The notes under the pieces: generated by a model | Told to the model about the DNA's origin: nothing | The model's input: the letters and a program-made list of their open reading frames with translations, nothing else | Database searches by the model: none | Translations under genes and position numbers: made by a program | Origin: Alphaproteobacteria bacterium | GTDB taxonomy: Bacteria; Pseudomonadota; Alphaproteobacteria; GM7ARS4; G965262615 | Direction: 5' to 3' | Assembly (NCBI GenBank): GCA_965262615.1 | Contig: OZ253545.1 | Location: forward strand, 352,001-416,000 | DNA: 64,000 nt | Part shown: one piece after another, positions 49,386 to 58,128 of the stretch | How the letters are laid out: each line of letters begins with the position of its first letter | Numbering within the stretch: position 1 is the first letter of the stretch

Positions 49386-49403
49386 AAAGCTCTCCTTATG
49401 AGG

Positions 49404-50471
49404 TTAGAGGGTGGAAGAATCTGACGAATCACTGTCTTTGAAGCGCGCTCGCGCGGTGGCAAAACGCTGATGATCCAAATTCAGCTGGCGACAGATGGAT
49501 AGATCCGCTTCACTCAGCGCGGATTGGTGAGAAGACGAAGCATGAGAAGACGGTGTCACAACGGGGGTGAGGGTGGGCTGTCCTTGGAGAAATTGCTCAA
49601 AGCCTTCGGAATCTTGATTGTGATAGCTGATCGCCCACGAACGCAAGGACGGCGGAATTTTGCCTTTGGCAATCGCATCACTGATGCGTTGCTCGCGCGC
49701 TTGGTGGCTTGCGGTCTCTTGGGTCATGGCAAGGCTTTGTGCCAAGGATGATGCGTGGGCGGCTTGTTCGGAAATGATTTTGCTCAAATTCTCTTGCAAT
49801 GCTGACCAATCAGGATCGCCATTGGCATCGGTTTGAGTCACGCCGCTCAGTGTGAGCAATTGGGTGTAGGCATCGCGGGCGGCGGCGGTTTGTTGTTTCA
49901 GGTGAGCGATGGCATCCAAAATGGCTTGCAAGGACAATTCATCATTCTCCCTTTGAATATTGAGGCTTTGAGCAATGGCTTGTGTGGTGTCATGTGTCTG
50001 GTTATGACGGTCCACATTGAGTGCCTTGAGGGCGAGGTTCGGATTATTGGTCAAGCCGGCACGCAAAATACGAAGAATGATGCCGTCATCATCATGAAGA
50101 AAAACGGGACTCAAATAGCGGTATTCTCCTTGTTGAATGGCTTGAGCGGCTTTGGGAGTCCATTCCACATGTCCCCAGATGCCATCGTCTCGTTTTTCAA
50201 TGTCACGAATCCATCCAGCCGCAGGAGCTGCCATGCCCACACCGGGGCGAGCGGCATAATCGGTTTGATGGTCGTAATCAATCACCAAGCCTGTTTCTGA
50301 TTGGCTGGCGCGAATGACTTCATCTATGTTTTCAACATGATAGGGACCGCGTCCATCCTGCCCTGAAAAAATGCCAGACGGCAGCAAATGAACGCATGGA
50401 GGAGCTTTGCCTTCCAGCAAAACTGAATGAATTTCAAGACTCTCGGAAGAGGGATCTGTGTGGCAGCTCAT
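49404..50471 (-). CDS. Mu gpI-like prohead protease/scaffold
   Basis: DGRGPY, VIDYDHQT, APAAGWI, YRYLSPVF and AGLTNNPNL motifs. Confidence 0.92.
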   Translation of the reverse strand: MSCHTDPSSESLEIHSVLLEGKAPPCVHLLPSGIFSGQDGRGPYHVENIDEVIRASQSETGLVIDYDHQTDYAARPGVGMAAPAAGWIRDIEKRDDGIWGHVEWTPKAAQAIQQGEYRYLSPVFLHDDDGIILRILRAGLTNNPNLALKALNVDRHNQTHDTTQAIAQSLNIQRENDELSLQAILDAIAHLKQQTAAARDAYTQLLTLSGVTQTDANGDPDWSALQENLSKIISEQAAHASSLAQSLAMTQETASHQAREQRISDAIAKGKIPPSLRSWAISYHNQDSEGFEQFLQGQPTLTPVVTPSSHASSSHQSALSEADLSICRQLNLDHQRFATARARFKDSDSSDSSTL

Positions 50472-50525
50472 GGATGCTCCTTGCTTGAGGTGGTAGCATC
50501 AAGATGAGCGGATTTGGAAAAATCG

Positions 50526-51338
50526 CTACGGCGTAATTGTGTCAGCGGGGCACTGGGAATCTGACACGGTGACCGATTCTGTCGTGAAGTGAAGCGTCAT
50601 GGTGTCGGTTTCCAGGGTCATTTTTCTTGCGGGTCCTTGCTTTTGCAAATGGATTGTGTATGTGGCGACGGGCGTTGGCATTTCTTGTTTTGTGGAGGTT
50701 GGATCGTAATAGCTCAATTGCACAGGCAGGATGCCTTGGCGCACCTGACCGATGATGGCGGTGGCGTTATAATAGTCAAGTTCTTGGGTGTGTGCCCCCT
50801 CAAAGAAGGGAAAATGAACAATGGTCTGACCATTTTCTGCCGCTTGCCACAGCAGTCGCTGCATGGAAATGGGAAAGCTGGGTTTGACATTTAATTTTTT
50901 GTGAAGATTCATGGGATTATCATAATCCACCGTGCTGTCTGTCTGGCGATGCGAAATTCGTCCTGCCTCCTGCACCAAAACATTCTTGTCTTTTTTGACA
51001 AATGTATCAAAGCGATACCATGAGCCATCGGCGGCTTCTTTTTGATGATGCTCCGAATAGAACTGTGTGACCATGCCGGCATGAGATGCGGTGCGCAATG
51101 CCATACGCGTCTGGGTCTCGTAGTGGGTGCAGTGAAAAATAACCCGTGAAGATAAAACTCCCAAGCCTTGTGAAAAAACATCCAATTGGCTACCTTGATG
51201 AGGTCTGAGCGCGACATCAATGCGGTAGGTCACATCATAATTGCTGACTTGCCGCGTGGGGTCATCGGCGAAGGCAGGGACAGTGGAAAAAAGGAGCAAT
51301 ACCCAAAACATCGTTACTAATGGTCGCAGGAGAATCAT
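50526..51338 (-). CDS. EipB/DUF1849-like periplasmic envelope protein
   Basis: Signal peptide; N- and C-terminal Cys pair; E..DG..YRF, FP...L..AA..G and PV.LSYY motifs. Confidence 0.6.
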   Translation of the reverse strand: MILLRPLVTMFWVLLLFSTVPAFADDPTRQVSNYDVTYRIDVALRPHQGSQLDVFSQGLGVLSSRVIFHCTHYETQTRMALRTASHAGMVTQFYSEHHQKEAADGSWYRFDTFVKKDKNVLVQEAGRISHRQTDSTVDYDNPMNLHKKLNVKPSFPISMQRLLWQAAENGQTIVHFPFFEGAHTQELDYYNATAIIGQVRQGILPVQLSYYDPTSTKQEMPTPVATYTIHLQKQGPARKMTLETDTMTLHFTTESVTVSDSQCPADTITP

Positions 51339-51340
51339 GT

Positions 51341-54115
51341 ATGGATGATGAAATTTTATACGCTGCTAATCAATCTTTTTTAGAGGATGTGGAGCGTCGT
51401 TTGTCTTCTCATGGAGAGGGGGTGGATGCTCATTGGCAGTCATTCTTTGCGGGCTTTGCGGACTTTGCGGGGGTGCGTGAGAACGGTGAGGAAGCGTCAT
51501 CGGCTCGTTTATCGGAGGCGGCGTTGCGTCAGACATTGGGGGCCTATGGGATGATTCGTGGGTATCGGGCGCGCGGTCATTTATCGGCGACATTAGATCC
51601 ATTGGGGCTGACCAAACCACTCTTACAAGAGGATTTAGATCCCCATCACTACGGTTTTTCCGATCGTGACGGCAGCACGCCGATTTTCATCGGCGGCAGG
51701 CTGGCGGGATTACGCCATGCCACCCTCAATGAAATTTTGGATATTTTACGCCGTGCCTACGGTGGCAATGACACCGTGGAATACATGCATGTGGAAAATC
51801 CCGAAGAGCGTCTTTGGATTCAGGGAGTGATGGAGACACAAGAGGCGACATCAGCTCTTTCTCATGAGGAGCAGAGGTTGATTTTGCGTCAATTGATGAA
51901 GGCGGAAATTCTTGAGCATGTTTTGCAACGCCGCCATCCTGGGAGCAAGCGGTTTGGCTTGGAGGGATCGGAATCTTTTATTGTGGCGATGAATGGTGTC
52001 ATTGATGATGCCGCCGCTCGTTCAATGCAAGAATTGGTGTTAGGGATGGCACACAGAGGCAGAATCAATGCTCTGGCGCATGTGGTGGAGAGTCCGTTGC
52101 CGTTCATTTTTGGACGCTTTCAGGGTGGCGGCAAGACCCAGCATGATGAGCACAGCACGGGGGATGTTCTTTATCATGCGGGCGTCTCGGTGGATAAAGA
52201 AACGCAGCACGGTTCAATTCATCTTTCCTTGGTTGCCAACCCATCTCATCTGGAGTGTGTCTCGCCCGTGGTGCTGGGCAAGGTGCGGGCGCGTCAAGAG
52301 TATTATGCCACCCATGATTTGGATGCTGTCGATTCGGTGCTGCCACTGTTGGTGCATGGCGATGCATCCTATGCGGGGCAGGGAATTGTCAGTGAGACTT
52401 TTGATCTTTCGGATTTGGATTATTACCGTGTGGGGGGAGCGATTCATATCATCATCAACAATCAAATTGGCTTTACCACCGCCCCCTCCAAGGCTCGGTC
52501 ATCACGGTATTGTTCTGACAAAGCCAAAGCCATTGGTGCACCGATTTTTCATGTCAATGGCGATGATCCGGAGGCGGTATTGCGGGTGATGGGAATTGCA
52601 TGTGCCTTTCGGGCGCGCTTTCATAAGGATGTGGTGGTGGATCTCATGGGCTATCGACGGCATGGTCACAGTGAGATTGATGACCCCACCTTCACGCAGC
52701 CTCTGATGTATCGGGCGATTAAAAATCATCCCACAGTCACCGACATCTATGCTGAGCGATTGATGGAGCAATCGGTCATCACGGAATCTCAATATAAAAA
52801 GTGGCGCAAAGACATTGATGCCCGCTACAGTGATGCCTACAGACAGTCTGCCGACTGGCGGGACGAAAAAAAAGACTGGTTGCAAATGTACTGGAGTGGC
52901 TTTCAGGCACAAGACAGTGGGGCTTCCGCCAAGAATACGGGGGTGAACACACAATTGCTGCGTCAGTTGGGACGGACGATTTTCACGCCGCCTTCTCATG
53001 CCAATCTTCATGGCAAGGCTAAAAAATTGTACGAGGAACGCCTGCAAAAGCTCACAGCAGGCAAGGGCATTGATTGGGGGACGGCGGAATTGTTGGCATT
53101 TGCGACACTGCTTCATGAGGGGACATCCATTCGTATGAGTGGAGAGGATTCCGTCAGAGGCACATTTTCCAGTCGCCATGCGGCGTTGGTTGATCAAGAG
53201 ACTGGGGAGGATTTTATGCCATTGCGGCAGGTGCGAGACGATGTGTCGTGTGACATCATTGATAGCCCTCTCATGGAATTGGGCGTTTTGGGATTTGAGT
53301 ATGGTTATTCGCTCTCTTCCCCTCGTCATTTGGTGTTGTGGGAGGCTCAATTTGGAGATTTTGCCAATGGGGCACAGGTTATTTTTGACCAATTTCTCAC
53401 CTCATCGGAAGCCAAGTGGCTGCGGATGTCGGGTCTCGTGGTGCTGTTGCCTCATGGATACGATGGACAAGGACCGGATCACTCATCGGCTCGTTTAGAG
53501 CGATATTTGCAACAATGTGCGGCGGATAACATTCAGATTGCCAATTGCACCACGCCTGCCAATTATTTTCATTTGTTGCGCCGCCAGATGCATCGTCCTT
53601 TTCGCAAGCCGCTGATTGTGATGACACCGAAATCACTGTTGCGTCACAAAGAGTGCGTGTCAGATATCGGTGACTTTGCTGAAAACACGCGCTTTCACCG
53701 TTTGTTGGATGACGGCACTCACAAAGGCAAGAAGTCGGCTGAGCAGGTCACGCGCATCATTTTTTGTTGTGGCAAAATTTATTACGACTTGCATCAGATG
53801 CGTGTGCAAGAGAAAGTTCGTGACTGCGCTCTTATTCGTTTTGAGCAATTGTATCCGTTTGCGGGCTTGTCGGTGTCTTCGCTTTTGCAGCGGTATCCGT
53901 TGGCATCGGATTATGTGTGGTGTCAGGAAGAGCCTGAGAATATGGGAGCGTGGCGTTATATGCGCTTTCGCTTGACGGAGGTTTTGCCGCGCGGCTCTGC
54001 GTTGCGTTGTGTGTCTCGTGCGGCGGCGGCGAGTGCGGCGGTGGGACAAAAATCACGCCATGAGCGCGAGCAGCAAAAAGTGGTGCATCAAGCATTGGGA
54101 TTGAAGGGAGAGTGA
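51341..54115 (+). CDS. sucA: 2-oxoglutarate dehydrogenase E1
   Basis: KRFGLEG, GMAHRGR, HGDAS.AGQG and WEAQFGDFANGAQ motifs. Confidence 0.96.
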   Translation: MDDEILYAANQSFLEDVERRLSSHGEGVDAHWQSFFAGFADFAGVRENGEEASSARLSEAALRQTLGAYGMIRGYRARGHLSATLDPLGLTKPLLQEDLDPHHYGFSDRDGSTPIFIGGRLAGLRHATLNEILDILRRAYGGNDTVEYMHVENPEERLWIQGVMETQEATSALSHEEQRLILRQLMKAEILEHVLQRRHPGSKRFGLEGSESFIVAMNGVIDDAAARSMQELVLGMAHRGRINALAHVVESPLPFIFGRFQGGGKTQHDEHSTGDVLYHAGVSVDKETQHGSIHLSLVANPSHLECVSPVVLGKVRARQEYYATHDLDAVDSVLPLLVHGDASYAGQGIVSETFDLSDLDYYRVGGAIHIIINNQIGFTTAPSKARSSRYCSDKAKAIGAPIFHVNGDDPEAVLRVMGIACAFRARFHKDVVVDLMGYRRHGHSEIDDPTFTQPLMYRAIKNHPTVTDIYAERLMEQSVITESQYKKWRKDIDARYSDAYRQSADWRDEKKDWLQMYWSGFQAQDSGASAKNTGVNTQLLRQLGRTIFTPPSHANLHGKAKKLYEERLQKLTAGKGIDWGTAELLAFATLLHEGTSIRMSGEDSVRGTFSSRHAALVDQETGEDFMPLRQVRDDVSCDIIDSPLMELGVLGFEYGYSLSSPRHLVLWEAQFGDFANGAQVIFDQFLTSSEAKWLRMSGLVVLLPHGYDGQGPDHSSARLERYLQQCAADNIQIANCTTPANYFHLLRRQMHRPFRKPLIVMTPKSLLRHKECVSDIGDFAENTRFHRLLDDGTHKGKKSAEQVTRIIFCCGKIYYDLHQMRVQEKVRDCALIRFEQLYPFAGLSVSSLLQRYPLASDYVWCQEEPENMGAWRYMRFRLTEVLPRGSALRCVSRAAAASAAVGQKSRHEREQQKVVHQALGLKGE

Positions 54116-55269
54116 TGATGAAGACAGCAATTACCATTCCTCCGTTGGGAGAGTCGGTGGAGCAGGCGACCATTATTGAATGGATGAAGAAAGAAGGTGA
54201 TGTCATTCAGCAAGATGACATGCTTTTGACTCTTGAGACCGATAAAGTGACATTGGAAGTGTATGCTCCGATGGATGGGGTCTTGGTGGCGATTGATTGT
54301 GCGGCTGAATCGGTTGTGGAGAGTGGTTCGGTGGTGGGCTTTATTCAATCGGGCGATCAAGCCAAAGGATCTGCCAAAACTCGCATGACACCACAAGCAT
54401 CGCCATCTACTTCTGAGAAAAAACCGTTGCCAAAAAAGGTGACTAAGTCACAAAAGCCAATTGTTGCAAGACAATTGTCCAATGGGGAGGTGGAGGATGA
54501 CCACACACTGGACTGGCTTTTACGAGAACCCACAGAACCAAAAGAGCAAAAGACAGATTCATCGCCTTCTCGCGGTGAGCACACGATTCCATTGACGCCT
54601 TTGCGCCGACGCATTGCTGCTCGTCTCAAGGAGGCACAAAATCAGGCAGCCATTCTGACCACCTTCAATGAGGTGGATATGAGTGCAGTGATGGCTTTGC
54701 GCCGTGAGCATGGGGAGGCTTTTGTCAAGCGTCATGGGGTGCGACTGGGTTACATGGGTTTGTTTGTGTGTGCGTGCACCCATGCGCTGCGATGTTATCC
54801 GATGGTGAATAGTTATTTTGCGGATGATGGCATCACGCAGCATGATTATTGCGATATTGGCATTGCCATTTCTGTCTCCAATGGCTTGGTGGTTCCTGTG
54901 TTGCGTGATACCCACGCCATGGGCGTTGCCGATGTGGAAAAGGCGATTGTCTCTTACGCCGAGGCGGCACAGGAGGGGAGACTCAAGCCTCAAGATTTGC
55001 GCGGTGGCACATTCACCATTACCAATGGGGGTGTGTTTGGGTCAATGTTGTCCACGCCCATATTGAATCCGCCACAGTCTGCCATTTTGGGCATGCATGC
55101 CATCACCGAGCGGGCGATGGTGGTGGATGGTTCGGTGGTGGCGCGCCCCGTGATGTATCTGGCTTTGAGCTATGACCATCGCATTTTGGATGGCAAAGAT
55201 GCGGTGCTGTTTTTGCGGCATGTCAAAGAATCTATTGAAAAGCCTCAGAGGCTTTTGTTGTCACTGTGA
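54115..55269 (+). CDS. sucB: Dihydrolipoamide succinyltransferase E2
   Basis: ETDKVT lipoyl site; LTTFNEVDM and YDHRILDG motifs. Confidence 0.95.
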   Translation: MMKTAITIPPLGESVEQATIIEWMKKEGDVIQQDDMLLTLETDKVTLEVYAPMDGVLVAIDCAAESVVESGSVVGFIQSGDQAKGSAKTRMTPQASPSTSEKKPLPKKVTKSQKPIVARQLSNGEVEDDHTLDWLLREPTEPKEQKTDSSPSRGEHTIPLTPLRRRIAARLKEAQNQAAILTTFNEVDMSAVMALRREHGEAFVKRHGVRLGYMGLFVCACTHALRCYPMVNSYFADDGITQHDYCDIGIAISVSNGLVVPVLRDTHAMGVADVEKAIVSYAEAAQEGRLKPQDLRGGTFTITNGGVFGSMLSTPILNPPQSAILGMHAITERAMVVDGSVVARPVMYLALSYDHRILDGKDAVLFLRHVKESIEKPQRLLLSL

Positions 55270-56675
55270 TGAAGTGTGATGTGGCGGTCATTGGAGCGGG
55301 GCCTGGAGGCTATGTGGCGGCATTAAGGGCGGCACTGCGCGGCTTGCGAGTGGTGTTGATTGATGCACGAGGGGCGGCGGGGGGAGCGTGTTTGTTTGAG
55401 GGATGCATTCCATCCAAGGCACTGCTTCATTCATCCTTGATTTTTTCCCAATTGCAGCAAGGAGCGTATGGGTCTCATGGCATTGTGACGGATGCCCCTC
55501 AATTGCGTCTTGCGGATATGATGGTGCGTAAAGACGCTATTATTGACCGATTGCAAACGGGAGTGTCTTTTTTGCTGAAAAAACGCAAAGTGACATTTGT
55601 GCAGGGACACGCGCATTTTGTCGGCGGACACCAATTGGCTCTTGTGGATGAGAGCGGCACTCAGTCTTCTCTTTCCTTTAAGGATGCCATTATTGCGACA
55701 GGCTCTGTGCCCATGATGCTTGATACCCTGCCGTGTGATGGCAGGCATGTCATTGATTCAACGGCAGCTCTCTCACTTGCTGCTGTGCCGAAGCGTCTGC
55801 TTGTGGTGGGGGCGGGATTTATTGGTCTTGAGCTGGGGTCGGTGTGGCATCGTTTGGGCTCAAAGGTGGAGGTGGTGGATATGGCGGGGCGCATTGCGGC
55901 GGGCATGGATGAGGAACTGAGTGCACACCTGGCGACAATCTTGCAACAACAGGGCTTGCGGTTTCATCTTGAGTCACGGGTGACGGCGATGACCATCAAG
56001 GACACACAGGTGCATGTGACGGTGCATGACAATAAAACCGACAAAACAACTGAATTGACGGTAGATTGCGTGTTGCAGGCGGTGGGTCGCCGTCCGTGTA
56101 CGGATGGTTTGGGCTTGGAAGAGACGGCGGTGCAAACGGATGAGCACGGCTTTATTCGCACACGGGAAGATTTTCGCACCGATGATCAACACATTTATGC
56201 CATCGGCGATGTGCGAGGCGGGGCACTGTTGGCGCATAAAGCCAGTGAGGAGGCGATTGTGTGCGTGGATGGCATGACGGGACGAGGGCATCGGCGCAAT
56301 TGGCTCGTGCCATCGGTTCTTTATACCGAGCCTGAAGTGGCAAGTGTGGGATTTTATGAGACACTTTTGCGCCAAAAAAATGTTCCCTACAAAAAAAGTA
56401 CCATTCCGTTCTCCTCTGTGGGACGCTCACTGACCAATGGACACAGTGAGGGGTTTATCAAACTGCTGGCACATCGAGACACGGATGTGCTGCTGGGGGT
56501 TCACTGCTTGGGACACGAGGCGAGCACCCTCATTGGCGAGGCATCGGCATTGTTGGCGCGAAGAGCGTCGGCGCGAGAATTAGCGGAAATTTGTCACGCC
56601 CATCCCACAAACAATGAGATTTTCAAGGAGGCGGCTCTCGCATCTCTTGGGGAGGGGTTGCATCATGTTGGCTAA
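55269..56675 (+). CDS. lpdA: Dihydrolipoamide dehydrogenase
   Basis: GAGPGGY, GGACLFEGCIPSK and HAHPTNNE motifs. Confidence 0.95.
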   Translation: MKCDVAVIGAGPGGYVAALRAALRGLRVVLIDARGAAGGACLFEGCIPSKALLHSSLIFSQLQQGAYGSHGIVTDAPQLRLADMMVRKDAIIDRLQTGVSFLLKKRKVTFVQGHAHFVGGHQLALVDESGTQSSLSFKDAIIATGSVPMMLDTLPCDGRHVIDSTAALSLAAVPKRLLVVGAGFIGLELGSVWHRLGSKVEVVDMAGRIAAGMDEELSAHLATILQQQGLRFHLESRVTAMTIKDTQVHVTVHDNKTDKTTELTVDCVLQAVGRRPCTDGLGLEETAVQTDEHGFIRTREDFRTDDQHIYAIGDVRGGALLAHKASEEAIVCVDGMTGRGHRRNWLVPSVLYTEPEVASVGFYETLLRQKNVPYKKSTIPFSSVGRSLTNGHSEGFIKLLAHRDTDVLLGVHCLGHEASTLIGEASALLARRASARELAEICHAHPTNNEIFKEAALASLGEGLHHVG

Positions 56676-57202
56676 AAAAGCGAGAAGAAATCGTCCACGA
56701 TGTCGGTGTCTTGCTCTTCTGGGGTGACTTCTTCTTGCCACAGGTGTTTTTCTTGGGTGATGTAATCGTCAATGTCTTTTTGATCCGCGACAGGAACGGC
56801 ATCAAGCAGTGTTTGTTCGCAGGAAAAGCGAGCCGTCCAGATGCATGCATCACCCAGAGACAGGCGGCGACACGATTGTTTGAGAGAATCCAGACACTGA
56901 CGGGCGGCAGTTTTACGGCGTTCTTCTAAGGGATCTTTGACAGATTCTTCTTGTTCCGTTTCTTCTTGGACTTCTTCTTGCTTTTCTTCCTCTTCTTCCT
57001 TTGGTATTGACACAGTTGCTTGCTCATCTGTGCTGGGTGGTGGCTCTTCTGGGAGCAAGAGGAGGTCGTCAATGCGATAATTGTAGTGGCAGTGCAGCTT
57101 GTCTTTGGCAAAATAGTGACAGACTCCGCCTTGTGCGGGTTCTTTATGGGCGTTCGCAAGGGATGGCATCAGTAGCAGGATTATGATGGCGAGGGACATC
57201 AT
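56672..57202 (-). CDS. Secreted hypothetical protein with His/Cys N-terminal motif and acidic linker
   Basis: Signal peptide ending ANA, HKEPAQGGVCHYFAKDKLHCHY, Glu-rich linker, 4-Cys helical tail; ATG overlaps the xerC stop. Confidence 0.6.
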   Translation of the reverse strand: MMSLAIIILLLMPSLANAHKEPAQGGVCHYFAKDKLHCHYNYRIDDLLLLPEEPPPSTDEQATVSIPKEEEEEKQEEVQEETEQEESVKDPLEERRKTAARQCLDSLKQSCRRLSLGDACIWTARFSCEQTLLDAVPVADQKDIDDYITQEKHLWQEEVTPEEQDTDIVDDFFSLF

Positions 57203-58128
57203 GAGCGGGCGCGCGGGTGTGATTTTTGGTAAGCTTGCATGAGATGGACGCGATCCACATGGGTGTAATGTTCGGTGCTGGCAAGAGATTGGTGTCCAAG
57301 CAGAGATTGTATGGTTCGCAAATCTGCGCCATCTTGCAAGAGGTGCGTGGCAAAAGCATGGCGCAAGCTGTGAGGTGTCAGTTGAGGCGAGAGTCCAAGA
57401 GCCGCGCGTTTGTGCCTGAGCCATTGCTGAATGACACCCACATGGATGCGTTTGCCTTGTGTGCCGTAAAAAACGGGATGATGGGATTCCTGCGGGAAAG
57501 GAAGTTTTTGGCGATAATGGGTCACCGCTTGTGTCACAATGGGAATGAGGGGAATGTGTCGCTCATAGCCGCCTTTGCCGATGACGCACACGGTGGCGGT
57601 GTCCATATGATGCCAATTGAGTCCCGCCACTTCGCCGACACGCAATCCGCTACCATAAAGAAGCATGAGGATGGCGTAATTGCGAGCGGTAATCCATGAA
57701 GGCTCACGGGATTTCATCGCAGACGCATCTTGAAACAGAGTTTGCAATTGATGATTGTGAGGCACATGAGGAAGGGGTTGAGGCGCGCGCCCGGTGTTTA
57801 TTTTTGTCATGGCGATGGCAAGGGGGCTGTCGGTGCTGTGAGTGAATTGCAGCCAGTGGCTGAGGGCGGAGAGACAGCGCGCCATGGAGCGTTTGCTCAC
57901 CCCATCTTCATGTCGTCTCGCAAGAAAGGCTCGAAATTGCGGCAAGGAACATGCCAACAAATCTTGAGTGGCGGGTGGTTTGATGGAATTCCCTTTTATG
58001 AATTGAGCCAATTGTCTCACATCGGCAACATAGGCGCGTCTGGTGTGACGGCTATATCCTTTGTGGTGCATGGCATCATTCCACAAGGAGAGGCTGTGTT
58101 CGTAGGATGATTTCGGTGTTAACGCCAC
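57199..58128 (-). CDS. xerC: XerC-type tyrosine recombinase
   Basis: LYGSGLRVGE, GKG..ER, TPHSLRHAFATHLL and LLGH.SL.ST..Y motifs; lpdA-xerC-priA context; start uncertain. Confidence 0.8.
   Translation of the reverse strand: MALTPKSSYEHSLSLWNDAMHHKGYSRHTRRAYVADVRQLAQFIKGNSIKPPATQDLLACSLPQFRAFLARRHEDGVSKRSMARCLSALSHWLQFTHSTDSPLAIAMTKINTGRAPQPLPHVPHNHQLQTLFQDASAMKSREPSWITARNYAILMLLYGSGLRVGEVAGLNWHHMDTATVCVIGKGGYERHIPLIPIVTQAVTHYRQKLPFPQESHHPVFYGTQGKRIHVGVIQQWLRHKRAALGLSPQLTPHSLRHAFATHLLQDGADLRTIQSLLGHQSLASTEHYTHVDRVHLMQAYQKSHPRARS

Larger units (their letters stand above)
35031..50471 (-). mobile_element. Phage-derived structural cluster (Mu-like head plus non-contractile tail); candidate domesticated/GTA-like element or prophage remnant
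   Basis: Co-oriented protease, capsid, adaptor, terminator, tube, chaperone, tape measure and tail-tip genes; no packaging, replication or lysis genes. Confidence 0.85.

Noticed and set aside
50500-50528. AGCGGATTT match to tRNA-Arg as a possible att site
   Set aside because: It is only 9 bp, does not match the tRNA 3' end, and is better explained as part of a small hairpin after the eipB-like gene. No integrase lies in the cluster.
57199-58128. Tyrosine recombinase as the integrase of the phage cluster
   Set aside because: It has XerC size and motifs, sits in the usual lpdA-xerC-priA context, and is separated from the cluster by core genes.
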